Shown here one piece after another: positions 27,649 through 37,538 of a stretch of DNA of 64,000 nt. Each line of letters begins with the position of its first letter. Positions within the stretch are counted from its first letter, which is position 1. Both the position numbers and the translations under genes were made by a program. Source of the stretch: Candidatus Nanohaloarchaea archaeon (GTDB lineage: Archaea > Nanohalarchaeota > Nanosalinia > Nanosalinales > Nanosalinaceae); assembly GCA_013343275.1 (NCBI GenBank), contig CP046106.1, positions 192,001 through 256,000 of the forward strand. The letters are read 5' to 3'. The notes under the pieces are model-generated. The model saw only the letters and a program-made list of their open reading frames with translations, was not told the origin of the DNA and did not search any database.

Positions 27649-27746
27649 GAGCGGGAAACCCTTTTAACTTCTTGACTCTCTTTAATACTTTACTAGAGGG
27701 CCTTATGCCTTCTGCGTAAAACCCTTTTTGGAGGATTTGATAAACA

Positions 27747-28286
27747 ATGGCAGGAAAAGACGAATACATAAGAGTACTAGATTTCCTTGAGCACGGAAAA
27801 TCAGGGCAGAAAGATGAACCAACAACTCAGGGAATAGGAAAAGAGCACTACAACCTTCTAGAGGTCGTAATGAGAGATGAAGAAAGGCCTAAAGGAGGGG
27901 AAGAGCTCTACATCGGTGAAGGAGAAAGAGACCGCGTCCAGTACATCAAAGACAAGATCTCTTACGACGATCTTACTGCCAGTGCAAAGTCCGAACTGAA
28001 ATACGTTCTCAGAGAACTGATTGAGGAGAAAGAAGACGAGTTCGTCGAATTCTTCAACGAAGCTACACCTGTCACACCGAGAAGACACGCATTCGAACTC
28101 CTTCCAGGAATCGGAAGCAAACACATGCAGAAACTTCTCGACGAAAGAGAAGAGGAAGAGTTCGAAAGCCTGGACGATGTTAAAGGGAGAGTACCTTCCA
28201 TGCCAGACCCAAGAGATACTCTTGTCAAGAGAATCAAGGAAGAGCTCAAAGGAGATGCCAAGAGAAACCTTTTCGTAAGTAAATGA
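27747..28286 (+). CDS. DUF655 RNA-binding protein
   Basis: VLDFL, FFNEA.P.T.R.H..ELLPGIG. Confidence 0.9.
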   Translation: MAGKDEYIRVLDFLEHGKSGQKDEPTTQGIGKEHYNLLEVVMRDEERPKGGEELYIGEGERDRVQYIKDKISYDDLTASAKSELKYVLRELIEEKEDEFVEFFNEATPVTPRRHAFELLPGIGSKHMQKLLDEREEEEFESLDDVKGRVPSMPDPRDTLVKRIKEELKGDAKRNLFVSK

Positions 28287-29077
28287 ACACCAGACAGGAA
28301 CTTCAGAAGCTCGGAGTAAGACCGGTAGAAGGCCAGAACTTTCTAACATCAGAAAACACTGTGGAGGCTCTCGTAGAAGCCGGCGAAGTAGAAAATAACG
28401 TAGTTCTCGAGATAGGATCCGGAACAGGGGCTATCACTGAGAAACTTGCGGAGAAGGCAGAGAAAGTCTACGCAGTAGAATCCGACACGACACTGGCCAA
28501 ACACGTTGAAAGCCTTGAACTGGAGAACGTGGAAGTCATCAACAAGAGCATACTTGAATACGAAATCCCAGAGGAAGTCGACCGCTGTGTCGGCAACATA
28601 CCTTTCCAGATTTCCTCCAAGATACTGGACAGCCTCGGAGAGAAACAGATACAGGCCTCGCTGCTGGTCCAGAAAGAGCTGGCGGAGAAAGCAGTGGCTG
28701 ATCCCGGCGACAAAAACTACGGGTTTTTCTCAGTCAGAATCAACTACTACTACGTACCTGTAAAACTCAGAACAGTACCGGCCCGCAACTTCTACCCATC
28801 ACCAGATGTAGACGGTGCAATCCTCAAACTTTATCCGAACAAAGAGCGTCACGGAATAGAGGATGAAGAGGCCTTCCTCAAAGTTGCAAAGGCTCTATTC
28901 ACCCACAAGAGAAAGAAGATCAGGAATTCCTTCGTCGATGTACGCCACATACTGGATATCGACAAGGACAGGGCTAAAGAACTGAGAGATGAGATACCGC
29001 ACTCCGAGAAACGTGTTATCAATCTGAACGTGAAGGAGATCAACGAGATAGCGGAGTTCTATCTGGACAACTTCTAG
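28283..29077 (+). CDS. rsmA: 16S rRNA adenine dimethyltransferase KsgA/RsmA
   Basis: GQNFL, VLEIGSGTG, NIPFQISS, F.P.P.VD. Confidence 0.93.
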   Translation: MNTRQELQKLGVRPVEGQNFLTSENTVEALVEAGEVENNVVLEIGSGTGAITEKLAEKAEKVYAVESDTTLAKHVESLELENVEVINKSILEYEIPEEVDRCVGNIPFQISSKILDSLGEKQIQASLLVQKELAEKAVADPGDKNYGFFSVRINYYYVPVKLRTVPARNFYPSPDVDGAILKLYPNKERHGIEDEEAFLKVAKALFTHKRKKIRNSFVDVRHILDIDKDRAKELRDEIPHSEKRVINLNVKEINEIAEFYLDNF

Positions 29078-29128
29078 AACACGCCGGTGTAGAAACTTTT
29101 TAACTCAGCAAAGGCCTAAGTAGACTAT

Positions 29129-29422
29129 ATGAGGAAAATATCTCTGCTGGCAGCAATCATGATTCTCTCCGTAGGCCTATCTGCAGGAATTACAATAAAT
29201 ATCGACATATTCAACTTCGGAGGAGACAAAAATAGTCAGAACGCCAGCAACCCTGAAAACTCCACGCAGAAAGATCCTACACCTGCCAGAGATACTACTG
29301 TCGAACAGCAGGATAAGGTAAATCCTGGCGAGCAGAGGAAGATGGAGAGAAATCCCATAACACAGGAGAAAAATCCGGGCCTCGGTTCGAAGATCAAGTC
29401 GTTCATTCTCTCGCTTCTTTAA
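29129..29422 (+). CDS. Small secreted hypothetical protein
   Basis: Sec signal peptide, polar linker, amphipathic C-terminus. Confidence 0.6.
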   Translation: MRKISLLAAIMILSVGLSAGITINIDIFNFGGDKNSQNASNPENSTQKDPTPARDTTVEQQDKVNPGEQRKMERNPITQEKNPGLGSKIKSFILSLL

Positions 29423-29453
29423 GATATAAATTTCAGGCCTCCGCGATTATATT

Positions 29454-31028
29454 ATGCCGAAGTGGATCTTTGTTACGGGAGGAGTTCTTTCCGGACTGGG
29501 TAAAGGCCTGGTCTCTGCAAGTGTTTCCAAACTTCTACAGCAACGCGATTTAACCATCACTCCGATAAAATGTGACGGATACCTGAACGTCGATCCAGGG
29601 ACAATGAACCCGCATGAACACGGAGAGGTATTTGTTCTGGAGGACGGTACCGAGGTGGACATGGACTTCGGCCACTACGAAAGATTTCTCGGAGTAGAGA
29701 CCTCCGGCAAACAGAACCTGACATCGGGCAAAGTATTCAAACAGGTAATTGAAAAGGAAAGAGAAGGAGAATACCTCGGGAAAACAGTTCAGATGGTGCC
29801 TCACGTAACAGACCACATGAAAGACCTGATGAGAGAGGCGGGGGAGGAGAAAGACTCCGACATCAATATAGTTGAGATCGGAGGAACTGTCGGCGATATC
29901 GAAAACCAGGTATTCCTTGAGGCCGTCCGCCAGCTCAGAAGCCAGTTACCGGAAGAGGATACCTACCTGATCCACACCACGCTCGTTCCCTACCTTGATA
30001 CAGTTGGAGAGCAGAAGACCAAGCCGACACAGCACTCAGTCAAAGAGCTCCAGAGCCTTGGCCTTGAACCTGATATGATTGTCGGAAGAAGCGGAGAGGA
30101 ACTGGACGAAGAAGTTAGGAGGAAGATAGCGCTCTTCTGCGATGTGGAGGAGGAAGAGGTAATCTCAGATCCTGATCTGGAGTATATCTACCAGCTGCCG
30201 ATAGAACTGGACGAACAGAGCGTTGACAAGATCATAGCCGGAAAAATGCAGCTAGCCGAGAAAAACGGAGGCCTGAAGGAATGGAGAAGCAGGGCTGAAA
30301 ACCTGAAAAACGATACAATCTCCAGCATAGCAATCTGTGGAAAATACACGGATATAGATGATTCCTATGCATCTGTAGAGGAGGCCCTGAAGCATGCAGG
30401 AGCGGAGCTTGGTGGCCAGGTAGAGATAGAGTACATAGGAACCGAAGAATTCCATAAAGAAGACCTTGAAGGCTTTGACGGCGTGATAATTCCTGGTGGA
30501 TTCGGGTCAAGAGGTGTAGAAGGAAAGATACAGGCCATAGAATACTGCAGGGAAAACGATATTCCATTGCTGGGCCTGTGCTACGGGATGCAGTTGATGA
30601 CCGTTGAGTTCGCAAGAAATGTGCTTGGAATTGAGGACGCTGCTTCAGAGGAGTTTGCCGACGATAAAGAAGGGCAGGAGCTGGTAGTAGCGGAGATGTC
30701 AGGCCAGAAAGACATAGATGAAATGGGAGGTACGATGAGACTTGGTAGTTACACAGCAGAGGTAGAAGGCCAGGTCAAAGAAATCTACGGATCAGCAACA
30801 GCAACAGAAAGGCACCGCCACAGATACGAACTTAATCCTGATTTCCACGACAGGCTGGAGGCAGAGGGCCTGAAAATCTCAGGTAAGATGCAGGAAGGGA
30901 ACCTGGCAGAGTACATCGAACTGCCGGAGAACAACTTCTTTATAGGAACACAGGCCCACCCAGAGTTCACATCCACCTTCGAAAATCCAAACCCACTGTA
31001 CCTATCGTTCCTTGAATCCACGACATGA
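29454..31028 (+). CDS. pyrG: CTP synthase
   Basis: FVTGGVLSGLGKG, KTKPTQHSV, GLCYGMQ, RHRHRYE, HPE. Confidence 0.97.
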   Translation: MPKWIFVTGGVLSGLGKGLVSASVSKLLQQRDLTITPIKCDGYLNVDPGTMNPHEHGEVFVLEDGTEVDMDFGHYERFLGVETSGKQNLTSGKVFKQVIEKEREGEYLGKTVQMVPHVTDHMKDLMREAGEEKDSDINIVEIGGTVGDIENQVFLEAVRQLRSQLPEEDTYLIHTTLVPYLDTVGEQKTKPTQHSVKELQSLGLEPDMIVGRSGEELDEEVRRKIALFCDVEEEEVISDPDLEYIYQLPIELDEQSVDKIIAGKMQLAEKNGGLKEWRSRAENLKNDTISSIAICGKYTDIDDSYASVEEALKHAGAELGGQVEIEYIGTEEFHKEDLEGFDGVIIPGGFGSRGVEGKIQAIEYCRENDIPLLGLCYGMQLMTVEFARNVLGIEDAASEEFADDKEGQELVVAEMSGQKDIDEMGGTMRLGSYTAEVEGQVKEIYGSATATERHRHRYELNPDFHDRLEAEGLKISGKMQEGNLAEYIELPENNFFIGTQAHPEFTSTFENPNPLYLSFLESTT

Positions 31029-31549
31029 CAGTATACAAACCTTCCGAAGACACCTACTTTCTCAGAGACTATCTTAGAGAGAACATAGATATCGAAGGCC
31101 AGAAGTTCCTCGAAATAGGAACAGGTAACGGGGAAATAGCGCTCTACGCCGCAGAAGAAGGAGCAGAAGTAACGGCCTCCGATATAAATACTGAAGCACT
31201 TCGACAGGTAAAGGAGAAAGCTGAGAGAAAAGGCCTGGAAATAGATCTAGTTGAATCAGAGCTTTTCGAGAATATAGAAGGCCTTTACGATGTTATAGTG
31301 TTTAACCCTCCGTACCTGCCAGGTGAGGAAGGTCTGGGGGATGAAGAGATATGGCGCGGCGGGGAAAAAGGTATAGAGGTCAGCAGAAAGTTTCTTGAGA
31401 ATGTTGAAAATTATCTCTCTGAAGATGGTTCTTTCTACTTTGTGGCAAGTTCTCTTGCCGAGTATAAGGAGCTAGTCGATGAGTTCAATCTGGAAATCCT
31501 GGGTGAAAAGGAGCTGTGGTTTGAAACTCTGTATATTCTCGGTAAATAG
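31025..31549 (+). CDS. HemK2/MTQ2-family methyltransferase
   Basis: VY.P.EDT, LEIGTGNG, FNPPY. Confidence 0.88.
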   Translation: MTVYKPSEDTYFLRDYLRENIDIEGQKFLEIGTGNGEIALYAAEEGAEVTASDINTEALRQVKEKAERKGLEIDLVESELFENIEGLYDVIVFNPPYLPGEEGLGDEEIWRGGEKGIEVSRKFLENVENYLSEDGSFYFVASSLAEYKELVDEFNLEILGEKELWFETLYILGK

Positions 31550-31580
31550 ATTTTTTAACACCGTTTGATAAAGAATTGAT

Positions 31581-34391
31581 ATGTCTGCAGGCAGAAATCT
31601 AGCTAAGTCACTTGCCCTGATTTCAACCCTTCTAGTTACAGTCTCTCTTGCCGCTTCTGCATCAGCTTGGCAGATAAACCTGCTTGGAACTCCAAGCAGC
31701 TACCAGCAAATCTCGCCCTACGGAGGGACAGTTCAGTATATCGAGATAGTGGATAGAGATACTGGCACACCTATCACCAAAAGCATTCTAGAAGACAGCG
31801 GCGGAAGAGCAGAATGGATTTACAAGGAGAACGGAACCTTTCAGGCTGAAGGCGATCTCAACTACCTCAAAGATGGAATCTGGTACGTGAGGCATACAGT
31901 AGGTAATAAATCCGGTAGTTTCAGGTTTGAAGTACAGCAAGATAATCTAGATCCTGAAGCCAACAAGACAAAGGCCATTACTGTAACAAATACTTCTGTA
32001 GAAATACTAACGGACATGTCGGATCCTTATCTTCCAGGGAGAGAGGACGCAAGGATAGAAGTAAACGTAACGAATAATACGAACGGAGAATATCTCTCCG
32101 GAGCAACCGTGGAAATCAAGATTACCAATACTACTTACATCAGCACACAGAACCTTAACGAGGATACCGACAATAAGCGATATGAGCTTTACGCCATGGA
32201 TATACCGGATGCAGTACAGCAGCAGTATGCTCTACATGTAATAGCTAATGTGGGAGGACAGACATCAGTTACAACACAGTTCATCAGCACAATGGACTAC
32301 CTGAACACATCAGTGGACAAGGTGCAGGCAGGAGAGGCCTGTGGCCAGCAGAGCATGCCTACAAGCTGTGAGCCTGGGGCAACTCTTGATCTAGGCCTCA
32401 ACGTAACATCGGCTTACGCTGAGAATGTAACTCTTCAAGTTCTGAAGGATAGTGTTGAAGGAGGCATGACTCAGGTGCAGGAGTTGGAGCTGACTGAAAA
32501 CCAGGAGACAGGCCTTTATGAAGGACAGATAACCTATCCGCAGATCGATACCAGCAGTTATGAGGATAAACTGGTTCTGAAGTTTATCTCGGAGAATAAC
32601 TACAGTCAGCATGTTTCCTACTACAATATCAGCAAGGCCAGTTTCGAGGTCTCAGAGGATATGAATCAGAAAGCATATCAGGGATCGCAGTATGGTATCA
32701 AGTTCAGCTTGATGACTCCTTACACAGGGAATCCTTACAATGCAAGCAAGTTTGCCTCTGCCGATCTAAGCTTCAAGTATCCTAATGGCACCACTTACAG
32801 GACGCTCAGTAAATCCAACCTCAGTTACGATAGCGAGACCGGCTGGGTGACAGGAGACGTACTTATTGAGCAGGGAGCGCCTAACGGTAGCTACACGCTG
32901 GATGCTCAGGTCTCAAATATGTACGGCACGACGAAGTCGTTTACTCACAGCTTCGAGGTACTGACTACCTCCCAGATCTTTTCAGCGACCGACCAGATAA
33001 CTGTCGATCTGCAGAAGCAGAAAAATTACACGAAGAACTTCACTATAACGAATAAACTCTCAAGCAGCATAACAGTGAATCCTGAAGTAAACGGAGATAT
33101 ACAGGGTATAGCAAACGTAAATTCAGGCCAGAACATCGATATAGCAGCAGGGAATAGCACGAACGTAACTGTAGAGTTCGATATCGATGAAGTACAGGAC
33201 TACTCTGGAGAAATAGTTCTTCACGATACTGCCTCCGATTACAATGAGACAGTGGATGTCGAGCTTAATGCTCCAGACTGCGGTACGAGGAACGCTACTA
33301 TCTGTGTAAGCAGAGACGGATGGATTAACGTGACACGTGTAGGAAGAGGCCAGTCAAGCGAGACATTTACACTGAACTACCTTGGACCGGAAGAAGATGT
33401 AGCAGTTGAAATAGGGAAGAGAGGCGAAGCTGCCAGCCATATTTCGATATCTAACACCAGTTTCAATCTGTCCGACTCACGAGAGATAACATTGAACTAC
33501 ACAATCAACGAACCGGTAAACGTTACAGGAGAAATATTCGTCAACTCAACCTACGACATCACAATACCTACTGAGGTCGTAGGCGACTTCGCACAGCCAC
33601 AGGTAAATATGAGTGTAGTGAAAGACACTGTGGACTTAGGAGTAATACAGGCCCTGCAGACAGACTTCAAGGTAGAGGTGCAGAACAATGGAACAACAGC
33701 AATAGACTACTTCGAATCAACAGACCAAGTAACTATAGAAGACTATAACTCAATCGATCCATCCTCTACAGGCAATATCACCCTTAATATTTCCAGAGAG
33801 GATTACGGACTTACTGATCAGGCTATCACATTAACGGCCTACAGAGCAAACCCTGCAAACACTCAGGAAGAGCTATCCGGATCCTCAGATGCCTTCCAGC
33901 TGGTAGCAAGGTTTATGCCTGAAACTGAGGCCGCAGCCCAGAACATAACATCATGGGCAGACGAGCTAATGGGTAAGACTTTCAGTTCATCGATGATCAG
34001 CCGACTAGAACAGGCGAAGACCAACGCAACGATTATGAGGGACGAATTTAGCAAAGGGAACGACAAGAAGGCCTTCAGAATATACCAGACGACGATGGAC
34101 AACCTCGCAAGCATGGAGGAGGAAATAAACAGCAATACAAATACGGGAGGCCAGAACGGTGGAACTGGCCAAGATGATGCAACTGATGATCAGCAGGGCC
34201 AGAGCGGTGACTCTTCTGATAGTCCTACAGGCAATCCGTCTGGAGATGCTCAGAAGAAAAGCGGCGGTGCTGGAATACTACCTATTATTCTTGTGGTATT
34301 GATACTGGTTGTAGCAGGATTTATCTTCTACACCAGTTACATCCCCGAACCCGGAGACCCACTCTACGAATACCTGGGTGAACAACAGTAA
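31581..34391 (+). CDS. Large cell-surface glycoprotein (S-layer/Ig-like repeats)
   Basis: Signal peptide, many N-x-S/T sequons, G/D/S-rich linker, C-terminal TM helix. Confidence 0.8.
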   Translation: MSAGRNLAKSLALISTLLVTVSLAASASAWQINLLGTPSSYQQISPYGGTVQYIEIVDRDTGTPITKSILEDSGGRAEWIYKENGTFQAEGDLNYLKDGIWYVRHTVGNKSGSFRFEVQQDNLDPEANKTKAITVTNTSVEILTDMSDPYLPGREDARIEVNVTNNTNGEYLSGATVEIKITNTTYISTQNLNEDTDNKRYELYAMDIPDAVQQQYALHVIANVGGQTSVTTQFISTMDYLNTSVDKVQAGEACGQQSMPTSCEPGATLDLGLNVTSAYAENVTLQVLKDSVEGGMTQVQELELTENQETGLYEGQITYPQIDTSSYEDKLVLKFISENNYSQHVSYYNISKASFEVSEDMNQKAYQGSQYGIKFSLMTPYTGNPYNASKFASADLSFKYPNGTTYRTLSKSNLSYDSETGWVTGDVLIEQGAPNGSYTLDAQVSNMYGTTKSFTHSFEVLTTSQIFSATDQITVDLQKQKNYTKNFTITNKLSSSITVNPEVNGDIQGIANVNSGQNIDIAAGNSTNVTVEFDIDEVQDYSGEIVLHDTASDYNETVDVELNAPDCGTRNATICVSRDGWINVTRVGRGQSSETFTLNYLGPEEDVAVEIGKRGEAASHISISNTSFNLSDSREITLNYTINEPVNVTGEIFVNSTYDITIPTEVVGDFAQPQVNMSVVKDTVDLGVIQALQTDFKVEVQNNGTTAIDYFESTDQVTIEDYNSIDPSSTGNITLNISREDYGLTDQAITLTAYRANPANTQEELSGSSDAFQLVARFMPETEAAAQNITSWADELMGKTFSSSMISRLEQAKTNATIMRDEFSKGNDKKAFRIYQTTMDNLASMEEEINSNTNTGGQNGGTGQDDATDDQQGQSGDSSDSPTGNPSGDAQKKSGGAGILPIILVVLILVVAGFIFYTSYIPEPGDPLYEYLGEQQ

Positions 34392-34855
34392 TGGTACTAG
34401 GATTCCTGAGTTCGCTTCCTCAGCAATACAGCACAGTAATACTTCTGGTGCTGCTGCTTGCAGCATTCATTGCTGCTTTCAAACTTATGGAAATGGTATT
34501 CGAGACAATAATGGTGTCGGTGCTCTCAGCAGGAGCATACATAGCATTCACCAGACTGGTATACAACTCAATGCCAGGCCTCAATAATATCCTTCTATTT
34601 GCATTTGCAGGAGCATCACTCTACCTAGGATACACCTTACTGGCATCGGCCTACGGCCTCGCAGCAACTGTAATCAGTATACCTTACAGGATAATCAAGT
34701 TTGCCTTCAAAGGCCTGAGGAAAGCTTTCAGCTCTCTAATGAGCCAGGCAGAGGAGAAGAAAAAGTCGAGGAAACAGACAGAAAACGAGAAAGAAGTAAA
34801 GGAAGTAGTGCTTGACAAGATGAAAGGGGATAAGGACAAAGAGGAAGAAAACTAG
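34391..34855 (+). CDS. Membrane protein
   Basis: TM helices plus a charged tail; overlaps the upstream stop (TAATG). Confidence 0.65.
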   Translation: MVLGFLSSLPQQYSTVILLVLLLAAFIAAFKLMEMVFETIMVSVLSAGAYIAFTRLVYNSMPGLNNILLFAFAGASLYLGYTLLASAYGLAATVISIPYRIIKFAFKGLRKAFSSLMSQAEEKKKSRKQTENEKEVKEVVLDKMKGDKDKEEEN

Positions 34856-35526
34856 TTCTCCTCAGCCTTCAAAGTCAGGCTTCCTGCATTCAACTCATTT
34901 ATCTTGCCTTCGAAAACAAATCTCTCCTGCTCAGGGTAGACAGTTATATTGCCTGAGAAAGAGTCAATTTTCAGGTTGCTGTTGTTAATACTCGTGGAAC
35001 TTGAAGCAGTCTCCACAACACCGGAAACTCCATCAAAACTGACTTTAACTCTTCTGGCACCGGTGATCGAGATCCTGCTTGTATCAAGCTCTTTCTCGAA
35101 ACTGAAACTTCTGGAAGAGTTCACGCCGCTGCTGATGTAACCAGAGGCCCTACCCTTGACATCTGTGCTGTTGGTATCGAAAACCATCTTTCCGTTGAAC
35201 CCTGTCAATGTAACTTCGGAATCAGAACTTATCGAGAACCTTTCCGCGCTGTAGGAGGTCATGTTCTTCGCAGTGAAGGAGGCCTCTGAGAACTTCAGGG
35301 TTTCCTCTCCCTCAGCAGTTATGTTAATACTTACAGATTTTGTAGGCTCAGGCCTGTTCGAAAGCATGGAGAAAATATCTATAGACTTGGGAAATATCCC
35401 TTCAAGAATGTTCTTCTGCTGGGAGTTAATATTCTGTACATCTGCTTGATTAAGCGAGCCTCCGTTGATCCCTACTGCAAGGGCCATTATAGAGGCAAAT
35501 ACCGCGGCTAGAATTCTGGCTTCCAT
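34852..35526 (-). CDS. Secreted or membrane-anchored hypothetical protein
   Basis: Start MEARILAAVF avoids overlap with the divergent methyltransferase; beta-rich, S/T-rich body. Confidence 0.6.
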   Translation of the reverse strand: MEARILAAVFASIMALAVGINGGSLNQADVQNINSQQKNILEGIFPKSIDIFSMLSNRPEPTKSVSINITAEGEETLKFSEASFTAKNMTSYSAERFSISSDSEVTLTGFNGKMVFDTNSTDVKGRASGYISSGVNSSRSFSFEKELDTSRISITGARRVKVSFDGVSGVVETASSSTSINNSNLKIDSFSGNITVYPEQERFVFEGKINELNAGSLTLKAEEN

Positions 35527-35563
35527 AAAAGGAATGTAAAGTCTTGCCTCGATATAAAACCAT

Positions 35564-36130
35564 GTGAAAGCAGTAATCCTAGTCGAACCAGAAATACCGG
35601 AGAACACCGGCTCAATCGCCCGCCTAGCCCACAACTACGACTACCAGATACGGATAGTCAATCCGGAATTCAACCTGGAAAAAGCCCGGAAGACAGCGAA
35701 AAACGGCCAGGAAAAACTGAGAAACGCAAAAATATACGATAATGTAGAGGAAGCAGTTGACGGACTGGACTTCGTTGTCGGAACCAAGCCAGGTAAAGGA
35801 GTGGGCCTGAAAGAGTTCACGCCGAGAGACAATACTTCTATCATGATCGGCCGGGAGAGTTCGGGCCTTTCCAATGAGGAACTTGAAATGTGTGATGCAG
35901 TTGTCCATATCGAGACCGAAGACTACCGGTCAATCAACCAGAGTCACGCAACGGCCATAGTAATGCACAGTTTTGCTGAAACGGAAGGAGAAGGCCTTGA
36001 TCTGGACAAGAAAGAATATATTTCCAGTATAGTTGATTCAGAGGTTTTAGAAAAACTTATTTTCAGGGCCAATCCGTCGGAAAGTGAGGCCAATCGCCTG
36101 ATCGGTGATCTCAAGGATATGTCTGACTGA
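35564..36130 (+). CDS. SPOUT RNA methyltransferase (TrmJ/TrmH family)
   Basis: ILVEP..PENTGSIAR, GRESSGLSNEEL, SINQSHA. Confidence 0.88.
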   Translation: MKAVILVEPEIPENTGSIARLAHNYDYQIRIVNPEFNLEKARKTAKNGQEKLRNAKIYDNVEEAVDGLDFVVGTKPGKGVGLKEFTPRDNTSIMIGRESSGLSNEELEMCDAVVHIETEDYRSINQSHATAIVMHSFAETEGEGLDLDKKEYISSIVDSEVLEKLIFRANPSESEANRLIGDLKDMSD

Positions 36131-36181
36131 GTTCGAACCATTGGTTTCAGAGTTAAAAAGATGGTAAATTAATTCTGTTTC

Positions 36182-37459
36182 ATGCCTCTAGGAATACTTG
36201 CAGCAGGCGGAAACGACTTACTAACTCAGATATACCAAATCCTGATGATAATATCCTTCCTGATATTCCCTGCCCTGATAATCTTCGGACCGAGACTTAT
36301 GGTCTGGCAGGTAGACAGGAAGATGAAAGATGTACTTTTCGACCTCGAGGCCTACAAGGAATCTACAGAGGCCATGTTCCTCGACAAGCTTACGTCCGAT
36401 CCAAACCCCGGACTTAAGGACAAGATGAACTCTCTGAAGAACTTCCAGATGTCCGCACCAACAAATCTGGACCCGGCAGGAATGGTTCAGAGACTTGAAC
36501 ACGTACTTGACACATCAGAGAGCAAGTTCAGAAGATTCGTAGAGAACCAGGCAGATACAGAAGACGAAGAAGAACTGGCAGACCTGACAATGGCCTTCAA
36601 GGGAGTAATGGGTACCAACCAGATCTACAAGGTAATGAACCACTTCAGACAGCTTATCAAGAAAACACAGAACTTTCAGATGGTAGGTCTCGTCAACATG
36701 ATGATGCCTATCTACAAGGAGATCGCAGAAGCTCAGAAAGAAGCAACACGGGCCTTCGTCAACCAGGCACCGACCGGCGACGGAATCGGCCCGCTTGTCG
36801 CAGCTAAGCTCATAGAATCAGACGAAGAACCGGAAGAAGTAGCAGAAGACATCATCAAGTCAGAGGAAGAAATTGACGGCAACAAGGTCCACGTAGTCAA
36901 AAGCAGAGGCCCAGGAGCCCGCCTGGGTAAATACGGCGACGCAATTGACACACTCGCCGAAGAAAACGATCTGGAAGCCATCATTACAGTTGATGCAGCC
37001 GGAAAGTTCGAGGGAGAAGACACTGGAGCAGTCTACGAAGGCGTAGGCGTCATGATGGGAGGCCCCGGCGTAGAGAAATCGAAGATTGAGGAAGCAGCAA
37101 CTGACCACGACGTACCGCTTGAAGGAGTAGTAATCAAACAGTCGCCGCCAGAAGCCTCCAAGCCTATGAAGAAAGAGATCTACGAGGCCTACCACGAAGC
37201 AGTCGACAAAGTAAACGAAATAGTCGGCGAATACGACGGTGAAGTAGCAGTAGTAGGAGTAGGAAACACCTGCGGAGTAGGCAACACTCGCTCACAGGTA
37301 GCTGGAGTCCATAACAGGCTCAGGAAGTTCTGGAAAGAGTACGAAGAAAAGGAAGAGGAAGAAGTCAGCTACCAGGGCATGATGGGAATCCTGCCAGGAG
37401 GAGACCAGGCCCAGCTAGAAGAAGTCAAATCCAGCATCCTCTGGAAACTACCAAGATAA
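36182..37459 (+). CDS. DUF1512 family protein
   Basis: P..LDP.G, GDGIGPLVA, VDAA.K.EGE.TG, GVGNT.GVG. Confidence 0.85.
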   Translation: MPLGILAAGGNDLLTQIYQILMIISFLIFPALIIFGPRLMVWQVDRKMKDVLFDLEAYKESTEAMFLDKLTSDPNPGLKDKMNSLKNFQMSAPTNLDPAGMVQRLEHVLDTSESKFRRFVENQADTEDEEELADLTMAFKGVMGTNQIYKVMNHFRQLIKKTQNFQMVGLVNMMMPIYKEIAEAQKEATRAFVNQAPTGDGIGPLVAAKLIESDEEPEEVAEDIIKSEEEIDGNKVHVVKSRGPGARLGKYGDAIDTLAEENDLEAIITVDAAGKFEGEDTGAVYEGVGVMMGGPGVEKSKIEEAATDHDVPLEGVVIKQSPPEASKPMKKEIYEAYHEAVDKVNEIVGEYDGEVAVVGVGNTCGVGNTRSQVAGVHNRLRKFWKEYEEKEEEEVSYQGMMGILPGGDQAQLEEVKSSILWKLPR

Positions 37460-37538
37460 GGCCTCTCCTCACTTCTCATTTTTCATTTCTTCTCTTACTC
37501 TTCACAGCCATTATTTTTTATACCACTCCAGCCAATCA